A DNA stretch of 44,297 bases from Treponema sp. (GTDB taxonomy: Bacteria; Spirochaetota; Spirochaetia; Treponematales; Breznakiellaceae). The position numbers and the translations under genes were made by a program. Positions within the stretch are counted from its first letter, which is position 1, and each line of letters begins with the position of its first letter. The DNA lies in the NCBI GenBank assembly GCA_031283725.1, contig JAITBG010000064.1:1-44297 (forward strand), read 5' to 3'. A model generated the notes under the pieces. It was given only the letters and a program-made list of their open reading frames with translations. It ran no database searches and was not told the DNA's origin. Shown one piece after another: positions 16,309 to 24,531 of this stretch.

Positions 16309-18290
16309 AAGAAGTCACCATTAAAGATATTGCCCAGCGTGCCGGCGTTTCCATCGCAACGGTATCACATGTTATCAACTCTACCCGTTATGTAAGCCCC
16401 GAACTGGCAGAACGGGTAATTAAAGCTATAAAAGAGAACAACTACAAAAAAAATATAGCGGAAACTATTACCGTAGGTAGACGTTCACAAATTGCGTTTC
16501 TTGTTCCATGTTTTGAAGATTATACCCCATTGGCTGATGCCATTTCCAGAAATTTATCACGATTTAGATATGCGTTATCAGTATCAATAACAAATGATGA
16601 TATTAATACCGAGAAGCAGCTTTTAATGGCGTCCCTCGGCAATAAATCAACGGAGGGTATTATATTGGTACCCGCCGCAAACAATTCTGATTATTACGAA
16701 ACAATTTTGAACCGGACTATGCCGCTTGTTTTAGCAGATCGTTTTCTTGACAATAATAATATTGATTCTGTTACAACTGATCATGAATTGGCTTTATATA
16801 AAAGTACTGTTTATCTGATTCAATGCGGACACGACAGAATCGTCATAATAACAGGAAGAAAGAACAGCAGCCTCGCCGGAGAACAAGTATCAGGATATCA
16901 AAGAGCCTTGGCCGCAAATCATATCCTCTATCGCCCCGAATTGGTGTTGACAGCCGACAGTTTTCAAGGAGAAATCACCCAGCAACTGCTATATGGGTTT
17001 TACGAAAAAATAAAACCCACTGCCTTAATATCCGGGGTAAACAGGCTTACTCCCAAGGTACTGCGTTTTTTAGACGATCACGGCATTGAGTACCCTAAGC
17101 AGCTTTCATTTATCGGCTTTGGAAATAAAGAATGGACAGAACTCATCGATCCTCCGGTCACTATTATCGAAGAAGATTTTGAAACCATGGGTTCTGCGGT
17201 GGCGGCGAGAATCATTGACAAGATCACTTCGTCCGGCAGGCCGCTTTCAGTAAAAAAACAGCGGATACAGACCGGCTTCTTGCTTCGAAAATCAACACAG
17301 ATGATCGGGCGGGGGCCTTTTGGGGAAGAAGCCGCACCCATTGAAAAATTAGCCCTGTCAGAGAAAGAAATAGAGGATTTGCGGAACGGTCATTTTAAAA
17401 TCGGCATTTCCTTTCATTACGGCAAGACTGCCTGGACACGGCTGCATGAGAACGGAATACGGGATACCCTGGAAAAATATGGCGTACGAATCCTTTCTGT
17501 TACCGAAGCCCATTTTAATCCTGAACTTCAGGTAACCCAACTGGAAGGTTTGCGGATGCAGAAACCCGATGCCATTATTGCTATTCCCTCCGACGATGTT
17601 GTCACAGCAGCCAAATTTAAGGAACTGGCAAAGGAAGTGAAATTAATCTTTATCAGTAATATTCCCTTGGGTATGGAAACGAACGAATACGCGTCCTGTG
17701 TTTCCGTAAACGAACGGGAAGGCGGTTATAACGCCGGCGTTCTCTTGGGTGAATATTTCAAAAATCGTGATAAAGTTCATATCGGATTTATCTCGCACGG
17801 GGCGCCGTTTTACGGAACACATTTACGTGACGGAACGGCGGAGCAGGTAGTCCGTGAAAACTACCCTAGTATTGAAATAGTTTCAGTAAAGTACTTCCAC
17901 AAGATTGAGCGCGCTTACGAGGTATGCAGGGAAATGATCAGAGAGCATCCGGAAGTGGAAGGCTTATATGTTTCGTGGGACGTACCTGCTCTTCAGGTGA
18001 TTACGGCGCTGAAGGAACTCTGCAGGGAAGATATCGCCATTTTCACCTGTGATCTGGACGTGGAGATCGGAACCTATTTGGCAAAAGAGGAAATGGTCAG
18101 AGGGCTTATTGCCCAACGCCCTTATATCCAGGGAACAGCCGTCGGGCTGGCAACTGCCAAAGCGCTCCTTGGAAAAGGGGAATATAAGTACGTCGGCGTT
18201 TCTCCCTACATAGTACAAAAAAACGAATTACTTAAAGCCTGGGAGGATATTTTCCACATCCCCATCCCTATAGATTGGAAATTATCATAA
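16305..18290 (+). CDS. LacI-family regulator fused to a second, sugar-binding-protein-like domain
   Basis: VTIKDIAQRAGVSIATVSHVIN HTH and LacI core; C-terminal ~320 aa resemble the SBP at 19419. Start ATG 16305 after GGGGAG. Confidence 0.9.
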   Translation: MKEVTIKDIAQRAGVSIATVSHVINSTRYVSPELAERVIKAIKENNYKKNIAETITVGRRSQIAFLVPCFEDYTPLADAISRNLSRFRYALSVSITNDDINTEKQLLMASLGNKSTEGIILVPAANNSDYYETILNRTMPLVLADRFLDNNNIDSVTTDHELALYKSTVYLIQCGHDRIVIITGRKNSSLAGEQVSGYQRALAANHILYRPELVLTADSFQGEITQQLLYGFYEKIKPTALISGVNRLTPKVLRFLDDHGIEYPKQLSFIGFGNKEWTELIDPPVTIIEEDFETMGSAVAARIIDKITSSGRPLSVKKQRIQTGFLLRKSTQMIGRGPFGEEAAPIEKLALSEKEIEDLRNGHFKIGISFHYGKTAWTRLHENGIRDTLEKYGVRILSVTEAHFNPELQVTQLEGLRMQKPDAIIAIPSDDVVTAAKFKELAKEVKLIFISNIPLGMETNEYASCVSVNEREGGYNAGVLLGEYFKNRDKVHIGFISHGAPFYGTHLRDGTAEQVVRENYPSIEIVSVKYFHKIERAYEVCREMIREHPEVEGLYVSWDVPALQVITALKELCREDIAIFTCDLDVEIGTYLAKEEMVRGLIAQRPYIQGTAVGLATAKALLGKGEYKYVGVSPYIVQKNELLKAWEDIFHIPIPIDWKLS

Positions 18291-18301
18291 AATACGTCGT
18301 T

Positions 18302-18470
18302 TTTACGTAAATTTTTTATCGATATGTTTCAATAAAAAGAATTACATAAAAAAATACAAAAAATATTTGACAAAACAAATTCGCAATGTTACAATTTTTT
18401 AGTGTTCCAAAGAAATATACACTTTTGAACATATATTTACGTAAATATATAAATTTTTACGTAAATATAT
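18302..18470. promoter_or_regulatory. Three palindromic TTTACGTAAA candidate operators
   Basis: Copies at 18302-18311, 18436-18445 (inside perfect 20-bp palindrome ATATATTTACGTAAATATAT, 18431-18450) and 18456-18465. Confidence 0.7.
18367..18395 (+). promoter_or_regulatory. Near-consensus sigma70 promoter of the sugar operon
   Basis: TTGACA 18367-18372, 17-bp spacer, extended TGnTACAAT (TACAAT 18390-18395). Confidence 0.8.
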
Positions 18471-18494
18471 TATATCCTTTTTGGAGGCGGTTTT

Positions 18495-19316
18495 ATGAAA
18501 GTTGCGTACATGACGAACGGCTGGGGGGCGGTCATGGCTCATTGTGCCGCGGCAAATAATGTGAACGGCGCTTACTATGTTTCAACAGGGGCAGATGCCG
18601 AGGCGGTTGCGGCAATTGCGTCGGCCGGGTATGAGCAAATCGAGATATTTGACGGCAACTTGCTCGCCTATGAAGGCCGGGAAAAAGAATTTAAGGAATT
18701 GCTCAGGGTGAACCGTGTTTCGCTACTGGCCGTTTATAGCGCCGCGAACTTTATTTACGACGAAATACTTCCGGAAGAATTTTTCAGAATAAAAAAGGCG
18801 GCGGCCTTTGCGAAAAATTTCGGCGCGACCCAGATTGCTTTGGGCGGGGGTGCGACAAGGTACGATGGCATAAAAGAAGGGGATTATAAAAAACTCGCCG
18901 CGGCCCTGGACAAAGTATGCGACATAGCCGATGAACTGGAAATGACCGCGAGTTATCATCCACACATGGGGTCTCTTGTGCAATCCCCCGAACAATTGGA
19001 CAAGGTTATACCGTATACCCGCATCTGCCTGTGTCCCGATACCGGACATGTTGTACTCGGCGGGGGAGACCCTGTCGCTATAGTCAAAAAATATACGGAC
19101 AGGATTAAATATATCCACCTTAAGGATGTTACAAAGGCGGGAATGTTTTGTCCGCTTGGAGAAGGATGCATTGATTTCCTGTCAATCGTGGACATCCTTA
19201 AGAAAAGCAATCCAAATGTTTTATATGCGATTGAGTGTGACGGCTGGAACGGCGATCCCAAGAAAGGCGCGGAAATTACTTTCAACTATCTTAAAACAAA
19301 ACTTAATTTCTCCTGA
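18495..19316 (+). CDS. Sugar phosphate isomerase/epimerase TIM-barrel (IolE/LgdB-like ketosugar eliminase or hydratase)
   Basis: YHPHMG, CPDTGH, YIHLKD, PLGEG, IECD metal-binding motifs of the AP-endonuclease-2/xylose-isomerase-like family. Confidence 0.8.
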   Translation: MKVAYMTNGWGAVMAHCAAANNVNGAYYVSTGADAEAVAAIASAGYEQIEIFDGNLLAYEGREKEFKELLRVNRVSLLAVYSAANFIYDEILPEEFFRIKKAAAFAKNFGATQIALGGGATRYDGIKEGDYKKLAAALDKVCDIADELEMTASYHPHMGSLVQSPEQLDKVIPYTRICLCPDTGHVVLGGGDPVAIVKKYTDRIKYIHLKDVTKAGMFCPLGEGCIDFLSIVDILKKSNPNVLYAIECDGWNGDPKKGAEITFNYLKTKLNFS

Positions 19317-19418
19317 TTCTCGGGGGGATGAGTAACGGTGCGGAAGTTTTCTACGCCGATAGTGTGAGGCCAAAAACTGGTTCTCATACAAAAGTATTTT
19401 TTTTGAAGGAGTCACAGT

Positions 19419-20552
19419 ATGAAAAAAGGATTGTTGGTAGTATTATGTGTACTGTTCGTTGCGTCATTTGTCTTTGCCGGCGGCGGTCAGCAGTCAAGCG
19501 GGGGAAGTGCGCCCGCGGCTTCGTCCGCTCCGGTAGTGCTTCCGTCAGGCGCGGTTATGAGTACCGGTCCCCACGGGGAGCAGGCAAGCCCGGCTTCCGA
19601 TCTTTCGCTGACCGCGGATGAACTTGCCAAAATCAAGGCGGGCAAATACAAAGCCGCTATTTGTTTCCATTACAACGGGGACGACTGGTCGGCAGCGCAG
19701 GAAAAAGGTCTGCGGGATCAGTTCGGCAGAATGGGTATTGAGGTTGTCGCGGTTACTTCTGCCAATTTTAACGCCGCCCAGCAGAAGGCCGATATTGAAA
19801 CCGTCCTGGCCTTGAATCCTGACGCGATTGTCTCAATACCGGTCGATGTCGTTTCAGCGGAATCTGTTTTCAAGGATGCCGCGAAAAAAGGCGTTAAAAT
19901 CGTGTTTATGGACAATTGTCCGGATAATATGATAGCCGGTACGGATTACGTTTCCGTCGTTTCGGCAGACAACTACGGCAACGGCGTCGCGGCGGCGGAA
20001 ATAATGGGCGAAAAACTCGGCGGTAAGGGAAAAATTGCGATGGTATACTATGACGCGAATTTCTTTGTTACCAACCAACGGGACGAAGCTTTCCGCAAAA
20101 CAATCCGGGAAAAATTCCCCGGTATCACGATTGTTGAGGAAGCCGGTTTTAACGACGTCAACAAGGGCGCTGAGGTCGGCGGCGCTCTTATCACCAAACA
20201 CCCCGATCTGAACGGGATCTACGCTACCTGGGACATCCCGGCAGAAGGCGTTGTATCGGCACTTCGGGCAAATGGTAGGAATGACATTATTGTAACTACC
20301 ATCGACCTGGGCAATAATGTCGCCAGAATACTCGCGCAAGACGGAATTGTAAAAGGCCTGGGCGCCCAGCGGCCCTATGATCAAGGTGTGGCGGAAGCCA
20401 TCCTTGTCGGATATGCGCTGGTCGGCAAGAAAGCGCCCGGCTATGTTGCGCTTCCGCCGTACAAGGTTACCCACGAGAATGTACTGGAAGCCTATAAAGG
20501 CATCTATTATGTTGACGCTCCGGTGGATATAAGAAACGCGTATAAAAAATAA
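19419..20552 (+). CDS. Sugar ABC transporter substrate-binding protein (CUT2/RbsB-like)
   Basis: Signal peptide MKK...VFAGGGQQ; PBP type 1 motifs (PDAIVSIPVD, VVSADNYGNG). Confidence 0.9.
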   Translation: MKKGLLVVLCVLFVASFVFAGGGQQSSGGSAPAASSAPVVLPSGAVMSTGPHGEQASPASDLSLTADELAKIKAGKYKAAICFHYNGDDWSAAQEKGLRDQFGRMGIEVVAVTSANFNAAQQKADIETVLALNPDAIVSIPVDVVSAESVFKDAAKKGVKIVFMDNCPDNMIAGTDYVSVVSADNYGNGVAAAEIMGEKLGGKGKIAMVYYDANFFVTNQRDEAFRKTIREKFPGITIVEEAGFNDVNKGAEVGGALITKHPDLNGIYATWDIPAEGVVSALRANGRNDIIVTTIDLGNNVARILAQDGIVKGLGAQRPYDQGVAEAILVGYALVGKKAPGYVALPPYKVTHENVLEAYKGIYYVDAPVDIRNAYKK

Positions 20553-20562
20553 GGCGGGTATT

Positions 20563-21735
20563 ATGAAAACATACAACATTGGTTTGATAGGCGCCGGTTT
20601 TATGGCAAAGGCCCACGCCATTGCGTATTCCGGAATGCCTATTTTTTTCTGGCCCGCTCCGGCGCTCGTAAACAAGAAGATAATCGCAGATTTAACCCAG
20701 GAACGGGCCGATGCGGCAGCCGCGCAGTTCGGATTTGAAAAAGGGACAGGAAACTGGAAGGACATCATACAGGATCCGTCGATTGACATTATTGACATTT
20801 GCACGCCGAACAATGCTCACGCGGAAATAGCGATTGCTGCGGCAGCAGCCGGAAAGCACATCATCTGCGAAAAGCCCATCTCCAGAACCGTAGAAGAGGC
20901 CAAAGAGATGTACCTGGCCGTCAAAAAAGCGGGGGTCGTGAATATGCTGGCCTTTAATTACCGGATGACCCCCGCGGTACAGCTTGCCAAGCGGTATATT
21001 GACGAAGGGTCTATCGGGGACATTCTGGACTTCCGCGGTACCTATTTACAGGATTGGTCTGCGGACCCCAATTCGCCCCTTTCCTGGAGATTCCAAAAAG
21101 ACATCTGCGGAAGCGGGGCTTTTGGAGACATCGCTACTCATGTTGTTGACATGCTCCGTTTCCTCATCGGCGATTTTTCGGAGATCAACGCCCGTATGGT
21201 TACATACATAAAAGAAAGGCCCATACAGACGGGAACAGCGGACAGTCTGGGTAACGTGAAGGGCAGCGCGGGTGTTCCGAAAAAAAAAGTAGATGTTGAC
21301 GATCAGTGCTGTTTGGCCGTTAAATGCGCGAACGGCGCCTTTGGCACCATTGAGGCAACCAGGAATGCCTGGGGCCGGAATAATTACATCACGTTTGAGA
21401 TTCACGGGACAAAAGGCTCCCTATATTTCAACTACGAGAGAAGGGACGAGCTTCAGGTGTGTTTTGCGGATGATCCCGGCGACAGGCGCGGATTCAGAAC
21501 GGTATATACCGGACCCGCGCATCCCTACGGAGAAGCCCTCTGGCCCATCCCCGCACTTGGTATAGGTTATACGGAAACAAAAATTGTTGAGATGTATGAA
21601 TTTATCAAAGCGGTTACAGAAGGAAAAGACGTTTCCCCCTCATTCGAGGACGGCTACAATATCGAGCTGATCGGTGAAGCCGCATTTAAGTCGGCAGCTT
21701 CCGGTCAATGGGAAAAAGTCGGAAAAATCGGCTGA
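20563..21735 (+). CDS. lgdA: Gfo/Idh/MocA oxidoreductase, probable levoglucosan dehydrogenase
   Basis: GLIGAGFM, ICEKP, DIATH family motifs. Segments MPIFFWPAP, YLQDWSADPNSPLSWRFQK, YERRDELQV and RRGFRTVYTGPAHPYGE.LWPIPALGIGY match my recollection of Pseudarthrobacter levoglucosan dehydrogenase; 390 aa. Confidence 0.78.
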   Translation: MKTYNIGLIGAGFMAKAHAIAYSGMPIFFWPAPALVNKKIIADLTQERADAAAAQFGFEKGTGNWKDIIQDPSIDIIDICTPNNAHAEIAIAAAAAGKHIICEKPISRTVEEAKEMYLAVKKAGVVNMLAFNYRMTPAVQLAKRYIDEGSIGDILDFRGTYLQDWSADPNSPLSWRFQKDICGSGAFGDIATHVVDMLRFLIGDFSEINARMVTYIKERPIQTGTADSLGNVKGSAGVPKKKVDVDDQCCLAVKCANGAFGTIEATRNAWGRNNYITFEIHGTKGSLYFNYERRDELQVCFADDPGDRRGFRTVYTGPAHPYGEALWPIPALGIGYTETKIVEMYEFIKAVTEGKDVSPSFEDGYNIELIGEAAFKSAASGQWEKVGKIG

Positions 21736-21741
21736 AACCCG

Positions 21742-21788
21742 CCGCCATATCATCCCCTTGCGGAGGATGATATGGCGGTTTATTCTTT
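21742..21788 (+). terminator. Intra-operon hairpin (terminator or RNA stabiliser)
   Basis: 14-bp stem CCGCCATATCATCC / GGATGATATGGCGG followed by TTTATTCTTT. Confidence 0.7.
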
Positions 21789-21817
21789 ATGGACGGGCGT
21801 CGTAAGCCGGAAAAGAT

Positions 21818-23335
21818 ATGACCGGAGATATGTTTGATATGAATGAATCTGTTCTGCAAATGAAAAACATCGCCAAATCATTTTATGGCAACAATGTCTT
21901 GAATAATGTGAGTTTTAATCTTGAAAAGGGTCATGTACACGCAATTGTAGGCGGAAATGGCGCGGGAAAATCCACTTTGATGAAAATCTTGACCGGTGTT
22001 TACAAAAAAGATTCCGGTGAAATCTTTGTTGACGGTAAAAAGGTTGATTTTTCCAATTATTCCGACGCTACATCCGTCGGGATTCGCATGATATTTCAGG
22101 AACTCAGCGTAGTCCCCACATTGACCGTGGTTGAAAATATCTATCTGAACCATGAAGAAAGGAAAGGGCTTTTTAATGACGATAAAGGCATGAAGGAAGG
22201 GGCGGAAAAACTTCTGGCGAGGCTGGGAATCGATATTCCGGTAAACGAAAAAATCGCAAATTTAAGCGTTGGTTACTGCCAATTGATAGAAATTGCCAAG
22301 GCCCTTTCCAAAAAAGTAAAAATTCTTGTTATGGACGAGCCAACAGCCTCCCTTTCCGATACCGAGGTAACGCGCTTATTTAACATTGTGAGAACACTGA
22401 AATCGGAAGGCGTTTCCATCGTATATATATCACACCGGATGAATGAGATCCTCGAGATTTCCGATGAAGTGACTGTACTTAGGGACGGGGAGCATATCAT
22501 CACCGGCGAGGCAAAGAACCTGACCATTGCCGGTATAATCAACTATATGCTCGGTGATACCGAGAGAAATGCTTTTGAGTATCACGAAAGACGGAAAACC
22601 AAAACCCCGGGCGTTATGATTGATGTGAACGGATTGTGCGTTGATAATCTAGTAACGGATGTTTCATTTCATGTCAATGAAGGTGAAATCGTAGGTTTGG
22701 CGGGACTCATGGGTAGCGGCAGGACGGAGATACTTGAGTCCCTCTTTGGAATAAGAAAAATACACAAAGGTAAAATCACTATACAGGGTAAGCCGGTTGA
22801 AATAAAAAACACCCAAAACGCGATAAAGTACGGCATTGCCCTTGTTCCCGAGGACAGGCGCAGGGAGGGACTGGTACTTACCCATACCCTTAAAAACAAT
22901 TTGCTGCTTGCACTCTTTGACAAAGTAAAAAAAAACAGGCTGTTAATTGACGACAGCAAGATTAAAAAGCTTTCTGAAGAAAGCATAGCAGACCTTAATA
23001 TCAAGACAAACAGCATAGATACACTGATAAGCAATCTTTCCGGAGGGAATCAGCAGAAGGTTGTCATTGCCAAGTGGCTGAAAAACAATCCAAAGATACT
23101 GCTTCTGGACGAGCCAACGGCAGGAATTGACGTTGGCGCGAAGGGTGAAATCATTAAAATAATCGAAGATTACGCCGCCGGAGGGAAGAGTGTTATTGTT
23201 GTATCTTCGGAAATATCCGAACTTGTGGCGATGTGTGACAGAATAATTGTTTTGGTTAATGGAAGAAAAACCCAAGAACTTACTAGAAATGAAATAAATA
23301 ATCAGGGGGTTATTCAGCATGCAATTCAAGGTTAG
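21818..23335 (+). CDS. Sugar ABC transporter ATP-binding protein (RbsA/MglA type, two NBDs)
   Basis: GGNGAGKST, VMDEPT, LSGGNQQKV, LLDEPT. Start could be 21830 or 21839. Confidence 0.95.
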   Translation: MTGDMFDMNESVLQMKNIAKSFYGNNVLNNVSFNLEKGHVHAIVGGNGAGKSTLMKILTGVYKKDSGEIFVDGKKVDFSNYSDATSVGIRMIFQELSVVPTLTVVENIYLNHEERKGLFNDDKGMKEGAEKLLARLGIDIPVNEKIANLSVGYCQLIEIAKALSKKVKILVMDEPTASLSDTEVTRLFNIVRTLKSEGVSIVYISHRMNEILEISDEVTVLRDGEHIITGEAKNLTIAGIINYMLGDTERNAFEYHERRKTKTPGVMIDVNGLCVDNLVTDVSFHVNEGEIVGLAGLMGSGRTEILESLFGIRKIHKGKITIQGKPVEIKNTQNAIKYGIALVPEDRRREGLVLTHTLKNNLLLALFDKVKKNRLLIDDSKIKKLSEESIADLNIKTNSIDTLISNLSGGNQQKVVIAKWLKNNPKILLLDEPTAGIDVGAKGEIIKIIEDYAAGGKSVIVVSSEISELVAMCDRIIVLVNGRKTQELTRNEINNQGVIQHAIQG

Positions 23336-24284
23336 TTCCCTAAAAGAGATTGATTGGAGCAGATATATTGTTTATATCGCGTTTGTTGTCGTTTTTCTCT
23401 TCCTTTCGATTTGGCTCGGGGGGCGCGGTTTCCTGTCGGTGAATAATGTACTGAATATCACGCGGCAGACATCTATGATAACCATTATGGCCGTTGCTAT
23501 GACTTTTGTAATCGGGACAGCCCAAATCGACCTTTCAATCGGATCAATTGTCGCCCTTTCATCCCTGGTATGCGCCCTGCTCCTGCGTTCGACGAATAAC
23601 ATAGTTTTATCTCTTGCCGCGTCTGTCGCGGTTGGCGTTTCCGTAGGCGCGATTAACGGTCTTTTAATAACCAAATTGGGTATACCGGCATTTTTGGCAA
23701 CCTTAGGTATGATGGGTATCATCCGCGGCATTGGAATGTGGATAACCAATATGGCGGCTATTGTCATTACCAATGAGACGTTTAACTTTGTTTTTGGCGT
23801 TGGAAATATTGGAGGCTGGTTTCCTGTCCTTCTTATTTGGACGGTCTTGTTTGTCGTATTCGGCGTTATTTTGCTCAACAAAACACCTTTCGGCAAGAAG
23901 ATACTTGCAACGGGGGGAAATGAAATCGCAGCCCGCTTTACGGGGATCAATACCAACAGGGTCAAATTAATAACATTTATTATGAGCGGCGCTTTCGCAG
24001 CTTTTGCGGGAATTCTCTACGCCGGCAGAATGCAGGCGGGGCGTTACACCTTTGGCGAAGGAGATGAAATGTCCACAATTGCGGCTGTAATCCTTGGGGG
24101 AACTAGTATGGCGGGAGGGACCGGTTTTGTTATCGGTACCCTGATAGGCTCGCTCCTGATGGGAATGATAAACAACGGCCTTATACTGGGCGGACTCAGC
24201 GTCAGCCAGCAAACCATTGTCCGCGGGGTAATCATTATTCTGGCTGTTGCGCTATCAAATGTGACGAGGAAAAAAGCGAATTAG
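23319..24284 (+). CDS. Sugar ABC transporter permease (RbsC type)
   Basis: IDLSIGS, IPAFLATLG, GGNEIAARFTGI, IAAVILGGTS. Confidence 0.95.
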   Translation: MQFKVSSLKEIDWSRYIVYIAFVVVFLFLSIWLGGRGFLSVNNVLNITRQTSMITIMAVAMTFVIGTAQIDLSIGSIVALSSLVCALLLRSTNNIVLSLAASVAVGVSVGAINGLLITKLGIPAFLATLGMMGIIRGIGMWITNMAAIVITNETFNFVFGVGNIGGWFPVLLIWTVLFVVFGVILLNKTPFGKKILATGGNEIAARFTGINTNRVKLITFIMSGAFAAFAGILYAGRMQAGRYTFGEGDEMSTIAAVILGGTSMAGGTGFVIGTLIGSLLMGMINNGLILGGLSVSQQTIVRGVIIILAVALSNVTRKKAN

Positions 24285-24431
24285 CCCGGCGTGCCATGCG
24301 TTGGCCCGGCAAAGGAGCGGGTCCACTTGTGGACGGCCAATTTTTGTCTTTTGTAATATTGACAATACTCTCATGATCATCAATATTGACATTATGGAGA
24401 AACAAATAGCTGTATTGTACCCGGAAACTCC

Positions 24432-24531
24432 GGTACTATTGGTACAGATATGAGAGAATTTATTAAGCGAGCCCTGCAAAAACTCAACAAGATGACCGGG
24501 GAGCAGATTCGGGAGCTGCTTTATTCCGCCG
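24432..24531 (+). repeat. Right copy of 100-bp direct repeat
   Basis: Matches 16048-16147. Confidence 0.95.

Noticed and set aside
19854-20813. 319-aa minus-strand ORF
   Set aside because: Antisense shadow of the SBP and oxidoreductase genes; no motifs.
16048-24531. Prophage, ICE or composite transposon
   Set aside because: No integrase, transposase, relaxase, phage gene or tRNA target within or next to the island.
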